A DNA stretch of 64,000 nt, from the NCBI GenBank assembly GCA_017499595.2, contig CM039003.1, positions 558,001-622,000 of the forward strand, in the 5' to 3' direction. Numbering within the stretch: position 1 is the first letter of the stretch; every line of letters begins with the position of its first letter. Under the pieces are notes generated by a model, which had not been told where the DNA came from, searched no databases, and saw only the letters and a list, made by a program, of their open reading frames with translations. This DNA is from Psilocybe cubensis. Its lineage: Eukaryota. Shown piece after piece: positions 61,415 through 64,000 of the stretch. The position numbers were made by a program, and so were the translations under genes.

Positions 61415-64000
61415 ATCTAACTGTGCATCTGGTGTATCTTTGGATGTGACCCATTACACAAACTTCAGAACTGCTAAAGCATGGCCTATATATGTCATAC
61501 TTGGAAATCTTTCCAAATACATCTGAGCACAACCTTTGTCTGGAGCTCTTGTTCATTTGGCATATATTTCTTCTGTAAGTAAACATTTTTATGAATAGCA
61601 ATTTGATTCTAAAATTTGCTTTAAAGCTGCCAGATGCATTTAACGACTTTGCTTCTCTTAATCACACAAAATAGAAAACTCAAAAAAAGAATATTCTGAC
61701 CAACTGTTAGCAAGAGCTTGTGCATGGTGTCTGGAAAATTATTCTTGACAACAATTTTATTCATATTTATCATTATGGGCTGGTTTTTCTGTATATTGAT
61801 GGTGTAAAAAGAAGATTATATCCACAATTTATAACCTATTCTGCCAATTATCCTGAAAAGTGAGTATTTTAACGATTTCTTCTTATTAAACCTCATTCTT
61901 TGTACAGAATTCTTATTGCTACCATTTGAGATAAGAATCTTTGTTCATGTCCAACCTATCTTGTGCCTAAAAGTCAGCTTGACCTTCTTGGACAAAAACA
62001 AGATAATTCAAAATGCCAAGATAAGAAGTATATTTGGACCTATATGGCGGAGGCTGTAGCAATTGCCCATGATGCTATTTACCATTTAGCAGCACTAATC
62101 AAATCTATGGTGACTAACCGCTTATTAAAGCATTTTTCTGGAGTGCCCACAGAGGTATGTCATATGGATTGATATTCATTTGTTTACTTTCTCAATATAG
62201 TGCTATAGAATGCATTTGCCACTCAACTGGACACATAGTTTAATCCTTTAAGAATGCTGACAGTAGATCTACTTCATGAATTTGAGCTTGGATTATGGAA
62301 AGGCCTTTTTACGCACCTAATATGCTTGCTATACACTGCTGGTCAAGGACCTAACCATCTTGTTATAGAGCTTGACAAACAGAATTATATTATTCACTTG
62401 TATATTTGTTGAGCTAATATATGTGTATAGGTATTGCCAGGTTTTAACTTTTGGTGATGAAACAATCCAAAGTTTTGTAGAAAACTCTTCAGAAATGAAA
62501 AAGCTTGCAGCGCATGACTTCGAAGATCTTCTTTAGGTATTTTGAAATTGATTTCTAGTATTCTTAATCTCATGTATATTCTTAGTGCGTGATTTTTATC
62601 TTTGAAGGCTTATTTCTACCAAAGCATAATTGACAAACTGCCAAACTTCTTTACCATACTGCGGAATAGCACGGACTAGCCAAAATGCTAATTCATACTG
62701 AAGGAATATTAGAATTGTTAGATGCACTTACCGCTGAGTTTGGAAGGTTAATGCAAGAGTTTCATGATTTTATATATTCCCAATTTGATACCCAAGAGCT
62801 TCCACAAGAGACTGAAGCATGTCAACAACAACAGACACAAAAGCATGCTCAATCCATGAGTACTCCATCTTTGTCATCTTTAAACAATACAAACCAACAG
62901 CCTCGGCAAAAAGGAGGATGTTGATTGAAATTATTCAATTTATCCACCATAAAATTTCACTTTTTAGGTGACTATGTTTAACATATACGCTTATTTGGGA
63001 CTACTGACTTGTACTCAACACAACTTGTAAGTTGCATATAAATGAATATTGGAAGTTGACACATACTAAACAGTTTGTATAGGGCAAACTTGCACATTGT
63101 CTGCTCAAAGCCTTCTATCACTTAACAAACAAAAAAGATGCTAATAAACAAGTTGCTCAGAAGTATGATTGTCTTAGTTTCCTCTGTATACACACATCAT
63201 ATCATGCGCAATGCATTGCTGAAAAGGCTAAGGCCTTGAACCATAGCCTGGCTGAGCAAACACACTATATCTTGAAGTCTCAAAACGTGGTCCTCAATAT
63301 CTTTTAGTTTATTCAGTCTGACAATGATCCCGCAAAAGAGGTATTTGTTTTTTTAGATTTGTTTACAAAATTTAAATCCTAAAATTAATTTTTTTTAAAT
63401 AATAGAACTTGCTACCAGGCCTTAAAAACCATTTGCTTGGACAACTTCTTGGACTTCCATTTGAAGACAATGACACACAGAATGTATTTACAAATGAGAA
63501 TCAAAACAACCTCCAAATCATTAATAACACCATGTTCCATGTCAATACTGCTTGTATCAACTATACAATCTATGATATGTGGCGTGTGTATGACACAATT
63601 AATACCCAAAACCATCCTTTTGTTATGGTTATGTCTCCAGAAACTGAGCCAGGCTTGCATCCATTTTGGTACGCTTCTGTGATGGGTGTTTTTCATGTTG
63701 ATATTGAGCATGTGGAACCACAATCTTTAAATTTTAGCCAACGTCACATGGAATTCTTGTGGGTCCAATGGCTTGGTGTTGAACCTGGTCATTGAAGTGG
63801 CTGGAAGTTTGTCTATTTACCAAAAATTGGGTATATTCCTGAATCAAATGAGTTTGCCTTTAATTTTCTTGATCTATCTCTGGTTCTTTAGGAATGCCAT
63901 CTTTTACCATTGTTTGTTAATGGAAAAACAAATGACCTTTTGAAAAGCACAGAGCCAACTGAAGCATGGGCTCAACAAGACAGTAATAATTGGGTAAACT
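61415..64000 (+). pseudogene. Second Plavaka transposase, 5'-truncated and strongly decayed, running off the right edge
   Basis: AWPIYVILGNLSKY, TYSANYPEK, VDLLHEFELGLWK, LAAHDFEDL, KFHFLGDY, INYTIYDMW, HPFWYASVMGVFH, FLWVQWLG, with many stops. Confidence 0.88.

Overview
Eukaryotic, intron-rich fungal DNA; the gene families (DUF6533-like, DUF6698-like, Plavaka) and short GT-AG introns point to an agaricomycete basidiomycete. The ORF track is mostly uninformative because real genes are spliced, pseudogenised or run off the window edge. Positions 1-17.3 kb are mostly host DNA: the 5' half of an apparently intact Ty1/copia element sitting in an exon of a DUF6533-like membrane protein gene, a small hypothetical gene, a multi-intron transcript without a clear ORF, ribosomal protein uL23 (RPL25) and an Msb2/Hkr1-type signalling mucin. 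Positions 17.3-64 kb are a nested, C->T-eroded transposon field. It contains: (i) an unexplained cassette of four pseudogenes (Zn-cluster-like, two putative OB-fold proteins, F-box plus nucleotidyltransferase-like) punctuated by a family of 41-45 bp palindromes; (ii) a ~21.5 kb Helitron (26300-47755) whose accessory gene was split by a full-length Ty3/gypsy element and a non-autonomous hAT element; (iii) a chromovirus integrase fossil; (iv) a complete 7.7 kb Plavaka/CMC-type element with TIRs and a divergent DUF6698-like partner gene; (v) a long-TIR element with TA target; (vi) two solo LTRs of one family; (vii) a second, decayed Plavaka transposase. Family assignments come from motif recognition by eye, not from database searches.
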